Notes: generated from the sequence alone by a model not told the origin. A stretch of DNA of 60,670 bases from an uncultured Syntrophobacteraceae bacterium (GCA_964527905.1 CAZGQL010000005.1:1-60670); one strand, 5' to 3'. Positions 17,023-27,518 are shown, counted from the stretch's first letter. Made by a program: numbers and translations.

Positions 17023-17132
17023 TTTATCGGTCGTGCAATCCGTCAAGGGAATTCGGTCACGCCGGCTCTCGCCGGCTGGGCTTCGTTCAAGATCATCCGT
17101 TGAAACATCGTACAGGAAGGGCAGGGAGAATC

Positions 17133-17639
17133 ATGGCTCAGGAAAACTCCGGTGGACAGAACGAAGAGCCGAAAAAGGGCTCGCCCCTCAAACTGATCGT
17201 CATCCTTGTGGTGGCTTTGGGCGCCCTCGGAGGAGGCGGGTTTTTCGCCTACAGCAAGTTCTTCAAGAAGGCGCCACCAGCGGAACAGGCGGGAGAGGCC
17301 CACGCGAAACCGGCCGACGCCAAAGGGCAGCCCGAAAAACTGGTCATCTTCGATTGGGAGCCGCTCCTGGTCAACCTCGCCGACCCCGGCGGGAAGCGCT
17401 ACCTGAAGCTCAACATGAAGGTGGAGCTGACGAACGAAAAGGCCCTCGAAGAGCTCAAGAATCGGAGTTTCCAGCTCAAGGACGCCATGTTGATGCTTTT
17501 GTCGGGGAAGGAATTCGAGGACATCTCGACGGCATCCGGCAAACAGGCCTTGAAGCAGGAAACGATCGCTCAGGTCAACAAGCTCCTCAAGACGGGGCAA
17601 GTCAAGGAAATCTACTTCACGGATTTCATCGTTCAATGA
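17133..17639 (+). CDS. fliL: Flagellar basal-body-associated protein FliL
   Basis: MAQENSGGQNEEPKKGSPLKLIVILVVALGALGGGGFFAY has a single TM. It is followed by LLVNLADPGGKRYLKLNMKVEL...EIYFTDFIVQ. GGGAGAA SD precedes ATG 17133. Confidence 0.85.
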   Translation: MAQENSGGQNEEPKKGSPLKLIVILVVALGALGGGGFFAYSKFFKKAPPAEQAGEAHAKPADAKGQPEKLVIFDWEPLLVNLADPGGKRYLKLNMKVELTNEKALEELKNRSFQLKDAMLMLLSGKEFEDISTASGKQALKQETIAQVNKLLKTGQVKEIYFTDFIVQ

Positions 17640-17657
17640 GCTGAAGGGCTTGTCCGC

Positions 17658-18647
17658 ATGGAAAAAGTGCTTTCCCAGGATGAAGTCGATGCCCTGTTGA
17701 GGGGCCTTTCCGACGGAGAGATCGAAACAGAGAAAGCGGAAGCGGAGGAACAGAGCGGCATCAGGAAATACGACCTCACCAGCCAGGATCGTATCATCCG
17801 GGGCCGCATGCCAACGCTCGAAATCATCAACGATCGCTTCGCCCGGTTGTTTCGGGTCAGCCTTTCGAGCTCTCTGCACAAGGTCATCGACATCACCGTG
17901 ACCCAGACCGAGATGATCAAGTTCGGGGAGTTCGTGCGAACGCTCCCCGTGCCCACGAGTCTACACGTACTCAAGATGGATCCACTTCGAGGCCACGCGC
18001 TCCTGGTCGTGGAGAGCCGGCTCATTTTCAATCTGGTGGACTGCTTCTTCGGGGGAACGGGAAAGAGCAACTTCAAGATCGAGGGGCGGGATTTCACCTC
18101 CATCGAGCACCGGGTGATCCACAAAGTGGTGGAGGCGGTGCTTCGGGAGTTGGATCAGTCCTGGAAGCCCGTGTGCCCCATCAGTTTCCAGTTTGTGCGT
18201 GCGGAGGTGAACCCCCAGTTTGCGACGATTGTTCCGCCTTCTGAGGTGGTGATCGTCATCCACTTCGAGCTCGAATTGGACCGGTTGATCGGGAAGATGA
18301 TTCTTTGCCTGCCTTATTCCACCATCGAGCCCATCCGCGACAGGCTCTACGCGAGCTACCAGAGTGATCAGCTCGAGGTGGATCAGGCCTGGATCACCCG
18401 CTTAAGGAAGCGCCTTTTGGATGTGGAAGTCAATGTGCTCATCGAGCTCGGCAAAACGACCGTGAGGGGCCGGGAGCTCCTTCACCTGGGAGTGGGGGAT
18501 GTGCTGCTCCTGAGCCACGACATGAACGAACCCCTCACCGTCAACGTGCAGGGAGTCCCGAAATTCAAAGCCATTGCGGGAACGTCCCGGGGAAACCGGG
18601 CGTTTCAAATCGTTGAAGCGACCCCCATGAATCAGGAGCCCGCCTGA
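17658..18647 (+). CDS. fliM: Flagellar motor switch protein FliM
   Basis: The N-terminal CheY-P binding peptide is LSQDEVDALLRG. The FliM middle and C-terminal SpoA-like domains are present. Confidence 0.95.
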   Translation: MEKVLSQDEVDALLRGLSDGEIETEKAEAEEQSGIRKYDLTSQDRIIRGRMPTLEIINDRFARLFRVSLSSSLHKVIDITVTQTEMIKFGEFVRTLPVPTSLHVLKMDPLRGHALLVVESRLIFNLVDCFFGGTGKSNFKIEGRDFTSIEHRVIHKVVEAVLRELDQSWKPVCPISFQFVRAEVNPQFATIVPPSEVVIVIHFELELDRLIGKMILCLPYSTIEPIRDRLYASYQSDQLEVDQAWITRLRKRLLDVEVNVLIELGKTTVRGRELLHLGVGDVLLLSHDMNEPLTVNVQGVPKFKAIAGTSRGNRAFQIVEATPMNQEPA

Positions 18648-18671
18648 TTCGGGGCCGAGGGAGGTAACACG

Positions 18672-19049
18672 ATGGAATCCAAGGAACAGGTACAGCAAAC
18701 GCAACAGGAGGGGCCCGCTTCGGCCCCCGCCAGGGACGGAGCACAATTCCCGGCCCTTGAACAGGGCGGGGCACGCCAACGGGCTGCCTCGAGGGACCTG
18801 GACTTCCTGTTGGACATCCCGCTGGAGGTTTCCGTCGAGCTGGGGGCGACGACCATGCTCATCAATGATCTCCTTCAGTTGGGGCAGGGTTCGGTGATCG
18901 AACTCAACAAGCTGGCGGGTGAGCCGCTCGAAATCCTGGTCAACCACACCCTGATCGCCAGGGGGGAGGCGGTGGTCATCAACGAAAAGTTCGGCGTGCG
19001 GATCACGGACATCATCAGTCCGACGGAACGGGTCAAACAGCTCGGATGA
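18672..19049 (+). CDS. fliN: Flagellar motor switch protein FliN
   Basis: LDFLLDIPLEVSVELGATTMLINDLLQLGQGSVIELNKLAGEPLEILVNHTLIARGEAVVINEKFGVRITDI. Confidence 0.95.
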   Translation: MESKEQVQQTQQEGPASAPARDGAQFPALEQGGARQRAASRDLDFLLDIPLEVSVELGATTMLINDLLQLGQGSVIELNKLAGEPLEILVNHTLIARGEAVVINEKFGVRITDIISPTERVKQLG

Positions 19050-19082
19050 TTCGGGCGCTTCCCCTGAACTGAAAGGGACGCC

Positions 19083-19403
19083 GTGGAATTCGGTGTGGAA
19101 TTCATCAAGATGCTCGGTGCGCTAAGCCTCGTTCTCGCCGTACTGGTGGGGGCGCTCTTCGCCCTGAAGAAGGCCGGCAAATGGGTTCGGAAGCCCGACC
19201 GGAACGACTGGATTCAGGTGGTGGCGCAGCACCCCATCGGCATCAAGCATCATCTCGTGCTGGTGCGAGTCCGGGAGGAGTTGCTGCTGGTGGGCGTCTC
19301 GCCTCAGGGCATGCATCTGCTGAGCCCGTCCCGCCCGGCTCCGGCCACCGGTTGGCCGGCAGACCTTCCGGAGCTGCATCCACCGGGAGATGGCCCACGA
19401 TGA
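19083..19403 (+). CDS. fliO: Flagellar biosynthesis protein FliO
   Basis: Single TM (LGALSLVLAVLVGALFAL) and ...HHLVLVRVREELLLVGVSPQGMHLL. It starts with GTG after AGGGA and overlaps the fliP start (ATGA). Confidence 0.75.
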   Translation: MEFGVEFIKMLGALSLVLAVLVGALFALKKAGKWVRKPDRNDWIQVVAQHPIGIKHHLVLVRVREELLLVGVSPQGMHLLSPSRPAPATGWPADLPELHPPGDGPR

Positions 19404-20167
19404 GACATGCATCCGCATACCTGTTGGGATCCGTGATTCTGTTGCTCGGCGTGCTGCTTTTCACCTGTCCCGGTGAGGCCGCCTCGGAGCTGGCTCTTCC
19501 CGGAATTCGATTCAATCTCGATGATCCTTCGGCTCCCAAGCAGATTTCCGGAATTTTGAACACAGTCCTCATCTTGACGGTCATGAGCCTGGCCCCGGCC
19601 ATCCTGATCCTCACCACCTCGTTCACCCGTCTGGCCGTGGTGTTGGCGTTCCTCAAACAGGCTCTGGGGACCCAGGGAACTCCCCCCAGCCAGGTCATCG
19701 TCGGATTGGCGATGTTCCTGACCTTCTTCGTGATGCAGCCCGTCTGGGAGCGGATTCACCAGGAAGCGGTCGTGCCGTATCAGCGCCACGAGATCTCGGG
19801 GGAGGAGTTCCTGACCCGGGGGATGAAGCCTTTGAAGGACTTCATGCTGAAACAGACCCGTAAACAGGATCTGGCGCTGTTCGCGTCCCTTGCACTGCAT
19901 GAGAAACCCAAGAATGCCGATTCCCTTCCGATCACCACGGTGGTCCCGGCCTTTGTCATCAGTGAGCTCAAGACCGCCTTTCAAATCGGTTTTTTGCTGT
20001 ACCTGCCCTTCATCATTCTCGACATGGTGGTTTCGAGTATCCTGCTTTCCATGGGCATGATGATGCTTCCCCCGGTGATGATTTCCATGCCCTTCAAGCT
20101 CATGCTGTTTGTGTTGGTTGACGGGTGGAACCTGCTGATCACCTCGCTCGTAAAAAGTTTTCATTGA
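19400..20167 (+). CDS. fliP: Flagellar export apparatus protein FliP
   Basis: MRHASAYLLGSVILLLGVLLF signal, then ...LTVMSLAPAILILTTSFTRLAVVLAFLKQALGTQGTPPSQV... and FLLYLPFIILDMVVSSILLSMGMMMLPP. Confidence 0.95.
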   Translation: MRHASAYLLGSVILLLGVLLFTCPGEAASELALPGIRFNLDDPSAPKQISGILNTVLILTVMSLAPAILILTTSFTRLAVVLAFLKQALGTQGTPPSQVIVGLAMFLTFFVMQPVWERIHQEAVVPYQRHEISGEEFLTRGMKPLKDFMLKQTRKQDLALFASLALHEKPKNADSLPITTVVPAFVISELKTAFQIGFLLYLPFIILDMVVSSILLSMGMMMLPPVMISMPFKLMLFVLVDGWNLLITSLVKSFH

Positions 20168-20177
20168 AGGAGCGGTC

Positions 20178-20447
20178 ATGACTCCGGAATCGATCATCGG
20201 CCTGGCCAAGCAGTCCCTGGAAACCATGCTCTACGTTTCCATGCCGGCCCTTCTCCTCAGCCTGATCGTAGGCTTGATCGTCAGCGTGTTTCAGGCGGTG
20301 ACCCAGATCCAGGAGATGACCATCGCGTTCGTGCCCAAGATCGTGGCAACGTTTCTATCGCTGCTGGTCTTTGGGGCCTGGATGCTTGGAAAGCTTTTGG
20401 ATTTCACGCGAGAAATCATAACCAACATCCCCCAGTGGGTTCAGTAG
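20178..20447 (+). CDS. fliQ: Flagellar export apparatus protein FliQ
   Basis: An 89-aa two-TM protein (MTPESIIGLAKQSLETMLYVSMPALLLSLIVGLIVSVFQAVTQIQEMTIAFVPK); AAGGAG SD. Confidence 0.95.
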   Translation: MTPESIIGLAKQSLETMLYVSMPALLLSLIVGLIVSVFQAVTQIQEMTIAFVPKIVATFLSLLVFGAWMLGKLLDFTREIITNIPQWVQ

Positions 20448-20532
20448 GGCCGCAGGATCTCCGCCCGGTACAATGGGCCAATGCCGACGGTCCTCGACCG
20501 ATGGTTGAGGGGGGGAAGATGCCAACCCGAAT

Positions 20533-21303
20533 ATGGTCGATCTTCAGATCAATCCCACGGAAATCGGAATCTTTCTGGCCATCCTGCTCCGGCTGAGCCT
20601 GTCTTTCTTCATGGTCCCCCTGTTTTCCAACGCCCACCTGCCGGCCATCGTCAAAGCCTTCACGGCGCTGGGGCTTTCGGTCCTGCTCCATCCCCTGGTT
20701 CGGGGATCCGTCACGCCCCTGCCCACCGACCCGATATCGCTCGCCTGGATCGTCATGGGTGAAATCCTCTTTGGCGTCATCCTTACCCTGACCGTCATGC
20801 TGTTGTTCAGTTCCTTTCAGCTGGCCGGTGAGCTGATCAGTTTTCAGATGGGATTTGGCTTCGCCATGGCGGCGGACCCCCAGAGCGGGGTGACCATGTT
20901 GGTTCTGAGCCGCTGGTTCCAGATCACAGCCACGTTGATTCTGTTTTCGATCAATGGGCACCATCTGATCTTGAAGGCTATAGTCGACAGTTTCGGGGCC
21001 GTTCCGATCGGAGGCTTCGCGGCCATGGAGCCGGCTTTCGGGCGTCTGATGCACTTGGGGGCCCAGATGTTCGTCATCGGTCTCAAGGTGTCCGCGCCGA
21101 TCATGCTGGCCATGCTGCTGGTTCAGGTGGGGCTGGGCTTGATGGCCAAGTTCTCCCCCCAGGTGAATTTGCTTGCCACCACGCTGCCGTTGACGATCGT
21201 GATGGGGTTTGTGTTGCTGGCCCTGTGCGCGGCTCTCTGGGGGGCGGCTCTGGAGGGTAACCTCACCCGGCTGGGCCCGCTGTTGGCAGGGGCCGTCCGT
21301 TGA
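20533..21303 (+). CDS. fliR: Flagellar export apparatus protein FliR
   Basis: Polytopic protein with FLAILLRLSLSFFMVPLFS... in the position following fliQ. Confidence 0.9.
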   Translation: MVDLQINPTEIGIFLAILLRLSLSFFMVPLFSNAHLPAIVKAFTALGLSVLLHPLVRGSVTPLPTDPISLAWIVMGEILFGVILTLTVMLLFSSFQLAGELISFQMGFGFAMAADPQSGVTMLVLSRWFQITATLILFSINGHHLILKAIVDSFGAVPIGGFAAMEPAFGRLMHLGAQMFVIGLKVSAPIMLAMLLVQVGLGLMAKFSPQVNLLATTLPLTIVMGFVLLALCAALWGAALEGNLTRLGPLLAGAVR

Positions 21304-21408
21304 CCAGCGCTTAGGGGAAGCGTGGAATCGGATGGGCAGGGGACGGCCTCAGGACAAAAGATTGACTGCGGGAAGGTTTTTGACGAGTGAGGCCATAAGG
21401 GAACATTC

Positions 21409-22476
21409 ATGTCGAGCGGCCAGGAACGCACGGAAAAGCCAACCAGCAAGCGCCTTCAGGATGCCCGAAAGAAGGGGAACATCCCGAGGAGCGCGGAGCT
21501 CACGAGCGCCGCCCTGATTCTGGTGGGGGGGACGGTGGCGCTGTTCAGCGTCCGGTTGATCCACTCCCGTTTTGAGAATCTGTTGCATTTTCTCTGGGGA
21601 CAGGGGTTCTCCTCAACCGCACGTGACGCGATCTACGACGGCAACCAGGCGATCACGATCATGGGCAACTTTATCCTCATGATCGCACCGGTTCTCCTGG
21701 GCGTCCTCCTCACGGCCCTTGGGATCAACCTGTTCCAGACTCGAGGGCTGCTCGTATCCGCAGAACCCCTCCAGTTTGACTGGTCCAGGGTCAACCCCCT
21801 GACCGGATTCAAGCGTTGGATTTCCCTTCGATCCCTGATTGAGCTCGCCAAGTCGCTGCTCAAGATCGGGATCGTCGCCTACGCCGTGTACACGGTGCTT
21901 CGTTCCGGAGCCCCGATGCTCGCCACGCTATGCGACGTGGAGGTGATCGAATCCGTTCGAATCCTCGGCAGCCTGAGTTCGTCGATCCTGTACCGGGTGG
22001 GGGGAATCATGCTGGCGGTCAGCATCCTGGACTATGCCTACCAGCGTTGGCAACATCAGAAGGATCTGCGCATGACCAAGCAGGAGGTCAAGGAAGAGCA
22101 CAAGCAGACGGAAGGCAACCCGCAGATCAAGTCTCGCATTCGATCGCTCCAGCGGGCGATGGCCCGACAGCGCATGATGGCCAATGTGCCGAAGGCGACG
22201 GTGGTGATCACGAACCCGACGCATTATGCGGTGGCCCTCGAGTACCACACGGGGATGGAGGCTCCGAAAGTCACGGCCAAGGGCATGGACTTCGTGGCGA
22301 AGCAGATCATCAAGCTCGCCCGAAGGAGCGGCGTCCCGGTGCACCAGAACCCTCCCTTGGCACGTGCTTTGTATTCCCAGGTGAAGCTCGACGAATCGAT
22401 TCCCATGAATCTGTACAAGGCAGTGGCAAGGGTACTCGCCTACATCTTTCAACAAAGGAAGAACCGATCGGGATAG
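21409..22476 (+). CDS. flhB: Flagellar export switch protein FlhB
   Basis: MSSGQERTEKPTSKRLQDARKKGNIPRSAEL..., with the NPTH autocleavage motif (VVITNPTHYAVAL). Confidence 0.95.
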   Translation: MSSGQERTEKPTSKRLQDARKKGNIPRSAELTSAALILVGGTVALFSVRLIHSRFENLLHFLWGQGFSSTARDAIYDGNQAITIMGNFILMIAPVLLGVLLTALGINLFQTRGLLVSAEPLQFDWSRVNPLTGFKRWISLRSLIELAKSLLKIGIVAYAVYTVLRSGAPMLATLCDVEVIESVRILGSLSSSILYRVGGIMLAVSILDYAYQRWQHQKDLRMTKQEVKEEHKQTEGNPQIKSRIRSLQRAMARQRMMANVPKATVVITNPTHYAVALEYHTGMEAPKVTAKGMDFVAKQIIKLARRSGVPVHQNPPLARALYSQVKLDESIPMNLYKAVARVLAYIFQQRKNRSG

Positions 22477-22486
22477 CAGGTGATCC

Positions 22487-24592
22487 ATGGCAGCGACGGC
22501 TCAGAGCACAACCTCTCTCCTTGAGCGCCTGAAAACCGTTTCCGACAGCGATGCGATGATGGGTTTGGGAGTCGTCGTGATCCTGTCGGTCATGCTCCTC
22601 CCCCTTCCGAGCTCCATTCTCGACGTTCTCATCGCCGCAAACATTTCGGTTGCACTCGTGATCCTCCTGACAGCCGTCTACACGGTCAAGTCGGTCGAAT
22701 TCTTCATCTTTCCGTCGCTGCTTCTCATCCCGCCCCTTCTCCGTCGCGCCCTCAACGTGGCCTGTACCCGGCTCGTGCTTTTACACGGTCACGAGGGGAC
22801 GGCGGCCGCCGGGCACATCATCGACGCCTTCGGCAATTTTGTGGTCGGAGGCAACTACGCCGTCGGCCTCGTCATGTTCATCATCCTGGTGATTGTCAAT
22901 TTTGTGGTCATCACCAAGGGCACCGAGCGGATATCCGAAGTGGCGGCCCGTTTTACTTTGGATGCCATGCCCGGTAAGCAGATGGCTATCGACGCCGATC
23001 TCAATACGGGTCTCATCAACGAACAGGAAGCGCGGCGGCGGCGGGCGGCCATCGCGCAAGAGGCCGACTTCTATGGCACCATGGACGGTGCCAGCAAGTT
23101 CGTTCGCGGGGACGCGATCGCCGGCATTCTGATCACCTTGGTCAACATTCTCGGGGGGCTTTCAATCGGCGTTCTCCAAAACGGCATGAACGTGACCGAA
23201 GCGCTTAAGAACTACACGCTGCTGACCGTGGGAGACGGTCTTGTTTCCCAGATCCCCGCCCTGATCATTTCAACGTCGGCCGGCATCCTCGTGAGCAAGG
23301 CGGCGTCGGATTCGGGGCTCGGGAGGACCTTTGGAAAGGTCTTTCGGGTTCAGGCCAAGCCCTTGGGTATCGCCGGCGGCATTCTGTATGCGTTGGTCCT
23401 GGTTCCGGGCTTTCCGGCGGTTCCCCTGTTGCTGGTGGGCAGCGTGTTCACCGTCACGGCCTATTACCTGTCGAAGCGAACCCAGTCGACGGAGGACTTG
23501 CCGGTGGACAGCCAGGGGACTCCCATCGAGGCGGGCCAGTCCGATGCCCCGAAGCTCCCCCCCCTTCTGGACACTTTGGAGCTCGAAGTCGGCTATGGGC
23601 TCATTCCCCTCGTGGACGAAGCCCAGAACGGGGACCTCCTCTCCCGCATCAAGGCCATCCGTCAGCAGCTCGCCCTCGACTACGGCATGATCATCCCCGC
23701 ACTCCACGTCCGTGACAATTTGCAGCTCAAACCTTCCGAATATCGTCTCCTGCTCAAAGGAAACCCTATCGGAAAGGGGGAGCTGATGCTGAACCATTTT
23801 CTGGCTCTCAGTCCCGGCGACGATGCGGATCCGATCGACGGCATCCCGACACGGGATCCCGCTTTCGGGCTCCCGGCCCTCTGGATCTCGGAGAGGGTGC
23901 AAGAGCGCGCCATGAGCCTCCAATACACGGTCATCGATCTATCCACGGTGATGGCAACCCATCTGACCGAGCTCTTTAAGAAATACGCCTATGAACTGCT
24001 CGACCGCCAAACGGTGCAACAACTCATCGATCACTTGGCCGAAGTGCAACCGAAGCTGGTAGAGGAGCTCGTTCCGAGTCTGATGTCCATTGGCTCCATC
24101 CAGCGGGTTTTGCAGAACCTGCTCTATGAGCAGGTGTCCATCCGTGATCTCCAGACGATCTGCGAGACGCTCGCGGACCAGGCCCATATCACCAAGGATC
24201 CCGACATCCTGACCGAATACGTCCGTCAGGCGTTGGCTCGAGGAGTCACGAAACCGTACGAGACACCGGATGGCAAACTCCACGTGGTAACGCTGCAGCA
24301 GGGGCTCGAGGAGCAGTTGGTGCGGTCGGTTCAAAAGACCGATCAAGGCAGCTTTTTGACTCTTGACCCCAACACGCTGCATCAGCTGATCCAGGCGGTG
24401 AGCACGGAAACGCGAAGGGTGTTGAATCTGGGGCACCACGCCTTGATCTTGTGCTCTCCGATGCTTCGGCGTCACCTGAAGAAGCTTCTGGAACGGTTTT
24501 TGCCAGAGACAGTTGTCATCAGTCACAATGAACTGCACAGCGCGTTGGAGATTCAGGCGATCGGAGTGATCAGGGTCAATCATGCAGCTTAA
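22487..24592 (+). CDS. flhA: Flagellar export gate protein FlhA
   Basis: 701 aa; contains the conserved FHIPEP region GNFVVGGNYAVGLVMFIILVIVNFVVITKGTERISEVAARFTLDAMPGKQMAIDADL. Confidence 0.95.
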   Translation: MAATAQSTTSLLERLKTVSDSDAMMGLGVVVILSVMLLPLPSSILDVLIAANISVALVILLTAVYTVKSVEFFIFPSLLLIPPLLRRALNVACTRLVLLHGHEGTAAAGHIIDAFGNFVVGGNYAVGLVMFIILVIVNFVVITKGTERISEVAARFTLDAMPGKQMAIDADLNTGLINEQEARRRRAAIAQEADFYGTMDGASKFVRGDAIAGILITLVNILGGLSIGVLQNGMNVTEALKNYTLLTVGDGLVSQIPALIISTSAGILVSKAASDSGLGRTFGKVFRVQAKPLGIAGGILYALVLVPGFPAVPLLLVGSVFTVTAYYLSKRTQSTEDLPVDSQGTPIEAGQSDAPKLPPLLDTLELEVGYGLIPLVDEAQNGDLLSRIKAIRQQLALDYGMIIPALHVRDNLQLKPSEYRLLLKGNPIGKGELMLNHFLALSPGDDADPIDGIPTRDPAFGLPALWISERVQERAMSLQYTVIDLSTVMATHLTELFKKYAYELLDRQTVQQLIDHLAEVQPKLVEELVPSLMSIGSIQRVLQNLLYEQVSIRDLQTICETLADQAHITKDPDILTEYVRQALARGVTKPYETPDGKLHVVTLQQGLEEQLVRSVQKTDQGSFLTLDPNTLHQLIQAVSTETRRVLNLGHHALILCSPMLRRHLKKLLERFLPETVVISHNELHSALEIQAIGVIRVNHAA

Positions 24593-25655
24593 GACGTACC
24601 GGGCAGCAACGATTCGAGAGGCACTCGACCAGGTGAAACGGGACCTGGGCGAGGATGCCATCATCCTGGGCAACCGCAAGGTTGCGGTTTCGGATAAGGA
24701 AACCCAGGTGGAAGTGACGGCCGCCATCGAACCGGTCGGCGCGTCGGCGCCTTCTCAAGAGCTGTCGGGGGAGATCCGGGAAATCAAGGATCTGCTGTCT
24801 CTTCTCATTTCGTCCAAGGACTATTTCGCCCGCTTGCAGCTCGAGGAGCCGGTCAACACGTTGTACCATTCCCTGTTGGCTCGTGGTCTGGATGAGAAGC
24901 ACTGCTTCGTGTTGTTGAAGCGCGTGTTGACGGAGCAAAACGGGTGTTGCGCGGATCGTCGGAAGGTCATCGAGCATTTCAGCAGGCTGGTGCTCGAACG
25001 AGTTCGCTTCAGCCGGCCTTTCAGCAATCCGCAATCGTCCCGAACCGGCCGAAAGGTGTATTCCTTCGTGGGTCCAACGGGCGTCGGAAAAACAACGACG
25101 CTGGCGAAGCTTGCGGCCCACACGCGGCTCAAACGCGGCCTTCGCGTGGGCCTCATTTCCCTGGATACCTACCGAATCGGCGCCGTGGACCAGCTGCGCA
25201 CCTACGCCAACATCCTGGGGGTTCCCCTGATGGTTGCGCAGTCCCGTGAAGAGTTCGGCAAGGCACTGGCCTCCCTCGGGCAGCAGGACGTGGTGTTGGT
25301 GGACACCATCGGCAAAAACTTCCTGATCCAGGATCAGGTACGGGATCTTCAACAGACGTTCGCCGATACCGATGGGGTGCAGCATTTCCTGGTCCTGAGC
25401 GCCACGGCCAAGGACGAGGATCTCAAGCAGACCGTTCAGCACTTCAGGCCCCTGGAGGTGCACAGCCTCATCTTCACAAAACTCGATGAAACCGCGAGCC
25501 ACGGTTGCGTGATCAACCAACTCCTCCGCTTTCCCCATGCCGTGTCGTATTTCGGGACGGGCCAGAGGGTCCCGGAAGACATCGAACTGGCGACGCCAAA
25601 GCGGTTACTGGCTCTGCTCTTTCCCTTTGGAAATGGTTCGATCGGAAAGGAATAG
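24582..25655 (+). CDS. flhF: Flagellar SRP-type GTPase FlhF
   Basis: GPTGVGKTTTLAKLAA P-loop, DTIGKN and TKLDET motifs. It overlaps the flhA end by 11 nt. Confidence 0.9.
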   Translation: MQLKTYRAATIREALDQVKRDLGEDAIILGNRKVAVSDKETQVEVTAAIEPVGASAPSQELSGEIREIKDLLSLLISSKDYFARLQLEEPVNTLYHSLLARGLDEKHCFVLLKRVLTEQNGCCADRRKVIEHFSRLVLERVRFSRPFSNPQSSRTGRKVYSFVGPTGVGKTTTLAKLAAHTRLKRGLRVGLISLDTYRIGAVDQLRTYANILGVPLMVAQSREEFGKALASLGQQDVVLVDTIGKNFLIQDQVRDLQQTFADTDGVQHFLVLSATAKDEDLKQTVQHFRPLEVHSLIFTKLDETASHGCVINQLLRFPHAVSYFGTGQRVPEDIELATPKRLLALLFPFGNGSIGKE

Positions 25656-25659
25656 TCTC

Positions 25660-26550
25660 ATGGATCAGGCGTTAGGACTACGAGAAGGGGGCGGGAAGTA
25701 CACCCCCCGCAAGAGCACCATGCCGTTGGCTCCCCTCGGTCAAACTCAGCCGCCCGTGCGGGTGATCACGGTCAGCAGCGGTAAGGGAGGAGTGGGCAAG
25801 AGCAATGTGGTGGTCAATCTCGCCTATGCCTTCGACCGGATCGGGAAGCGTGTGCTCATCCTGGACGCCGATCTGGGACTGGCCAATGTGGATGTCCTCC
25901 TGGGCCTCACCCCGAAAGAAAACATCACCCACGTGTTGCAGGGCAAGCGCCATCTGAAGGAAGTGCTCGTGAACGGCCCCGGCAACATCCGCATCATGCC
26001 GGCGAGCTCCGGGGTTCAGGAACTCACACGACTCACAGACGAACAGAAGCTCCTTTTTCTCGAAATCCTCGACGAACTGGAATCCGAAATCGATATCCTC
26101 CTGGTGGATACCGGCGCGGGCATATCCGATACGGTGCTCTACTTCAACATCGCCGCCCAGGAGCGTGTGGTTGTGGTGACTTCGGAGCCCACCTCGCTCA
26201 CCGATGCCTATGCGCTCATCAAGGTCCTCTACACGCGACACGGTGAACGTTCCTTCAAAGTCCTGGTCAATTCCGTGCCCGACGAAAAGGTGGGAAAATC
26301 GGTTTTCGCCAAGATCAGCAAGGTTGCGGACCACTTTCTGGACGGGATCTCCCTGGATTTCCTCGGGATCATTCCACACGATCCCCACATTCCCAAGGCG
26401 GTGATTCAACAGCGGCCCCTGCTCGAGGTTTTTCCTGCAGCACCCTCTGCAAAGGCGTTTTGCGCGATCGCCGAGAAGATCCGGAAAAGCCCGATCAATC
26501 TCAATCATGGAAACGTCAAGTTCTTCTGGAAACGGTTGCTACAGGTCTAA
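25660..26550 (+). CDS. flhG: MinD/ParA-type ATPase FlhG (FleN)
   Basis: Deviant Walker A (ITVSSGKGGVGKSNVVVNLA), in the position between flhF and fliA. Confidence 0.9.
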   Translation: MDQALGLREGGGKYTPRKSTMPLAPLGQTQPPVRVITVSSGKGGVGKSNVVVNLAYAFDRIGKRVLILDADLGLANVDVLLGLTPKENITHVLQGKRHLKEVLVNGPGNIRIMPASSGVQELTRLTDEQKLLFLEILDELESEIDILLVDTGAGISDTVLYFNIAAQERVVVVTSEPTSLTDAYALIKVLYTRHGERSFKVLVNSVPDEKVGKSVFAKISKVADHFLDGISLDFLGIIPHDPHIPKAVIQQRPLLEVFPAAPSAKAFCAIAEKIRKSPINLNHGNVKFFWKRLLQV

Positions 26551-26571
26551 CCAACTAAGAAGAATGAGAAA

Positions 26572-27426
26572 ATGCTGCAGGCACCTTACTCCCAAAAAAG
26601 GAATCCGTACTTGACACAAAAAGCAGAACGAGGCGTCTCTGCCGAAGAGAAAGAGCGTTTGATCCTCCAGCACGCCCCACTGGTCAAGTACATGGCGCTG
26701 AGACTGGTTTCGCGTTTGCCCAGCAGTGTGCAGGCGGACGACTTGTTCAACGCGGGCATCATCGGGCTCATCGATGCCATTGACAAGTTTGATCCCACGC
26801 AGGGCATCCAGTTCGAGACCTATGCGAAGATTCGGATTCGGGGCGCCATGTTGGACGAGATCCGCTCAATGGATTGGGTTCCCCGCTCGCTGCGGCAAAA
26901 GAGCAGCAGTTTGGAACGAGCCTGTTCCGCCCTGGAGCAGCGGTTGGGCTGCGACCCCACGGACGAGCAGATTGCCCAAGAGATGGGGATTTCGCTCGAC
27001 GAGTATTTCCAACTCCTGGACGACATCAAGGGTATTTCGGTGCTTCCGGAGGACATTCACGAGGCGGTTCAGGAGAACCGATGTTTTCGTGCCATTTCCA
27101 CCGATGGGGACGAGCCGTTTCAGTTGATGCATCGGGCGGAATTGAAGCGGGTTCTGGCCCAAGCCATCGGCACGCTTCCCCAGAAGGAACAACTGGTGCT
27201 TTCGCTCTACTATTACGAAGAGCTCACCATGAAGGAAATCGGCGCCGTGCTGGGGTACACGGAATCACGCATCTCGCAGATCCACACCAAAGCGGTGCTT
27301 CGACTGCGTACCAAACTGGCGCGCAAGCTGAAAAAAGATGATCTGCCCGAGGAGATCTGCTTAGTGGATCTAAGCCGTCGGGACAAGCCCGTCAAACAGC
27401 GGGCCAACGGTCGGGCACGCCGGTAA
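26572..27426 (+). CDS. fliA: RNA polymerase sigma-28 factor FliA
   Basis: Region 2 (DLFNAGIIGLIDAIDKFDPTQGIQFETYAKIRIRGAMLDEIR) and region 4 (LTMKEIGAVLGYTESRISQIHTKAVLRLR). Confidence 0.9.
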   Translation: MLQAPYSQKRNPYLTQKAERGVSAEEKERLILQHAPLVKYMALRLVSRLPSSVQADDLFNAGIIGLIDAIDKFDPTQGIQFETYAKIRIRGAMLDEIRSMDWVPRSLRQKSSSLERACSALEQRLGCDPTDEQIAQEMGISLDEYFQLLDDIKGISVLPEDIHEAVQENRCFRAISTDGDEPFQLMHRAELKRVLAQAIGTLPQKEQLVLSLYYYEELTMKEIGAVLGYTESRISQIHTKAVLRLRTKLARKLKKDDLPEEICLVDLSRRDKPVKQRANGRARR

Positions 27427-27518
27427 GACTTGGGGGATTCCATCGCCAGCGTCGCTCGCGTGCATCGTCACCCGCAACCACAAGCTGCCGGCTCAATGAG
27501 CTCATTTGACCCAAATGG

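Noticed and set aside
19083-19103. GTGGAATTC duplicated 12 nt apart at the fliO start
   Set aside because: This is a trivial 9-bp duplication within the first codons. There is no evidence for function beyond creating alternative GTG starts.
21304-21408. TGGAATCGGATGGGC upstream of flhB as an additional sigma54 promoter
   Set aside because: The spacing is right, but both the -24 (GGA) and -12 (GGGC) elements deviate from the consensus and from the three strong sites. It is probably chance.
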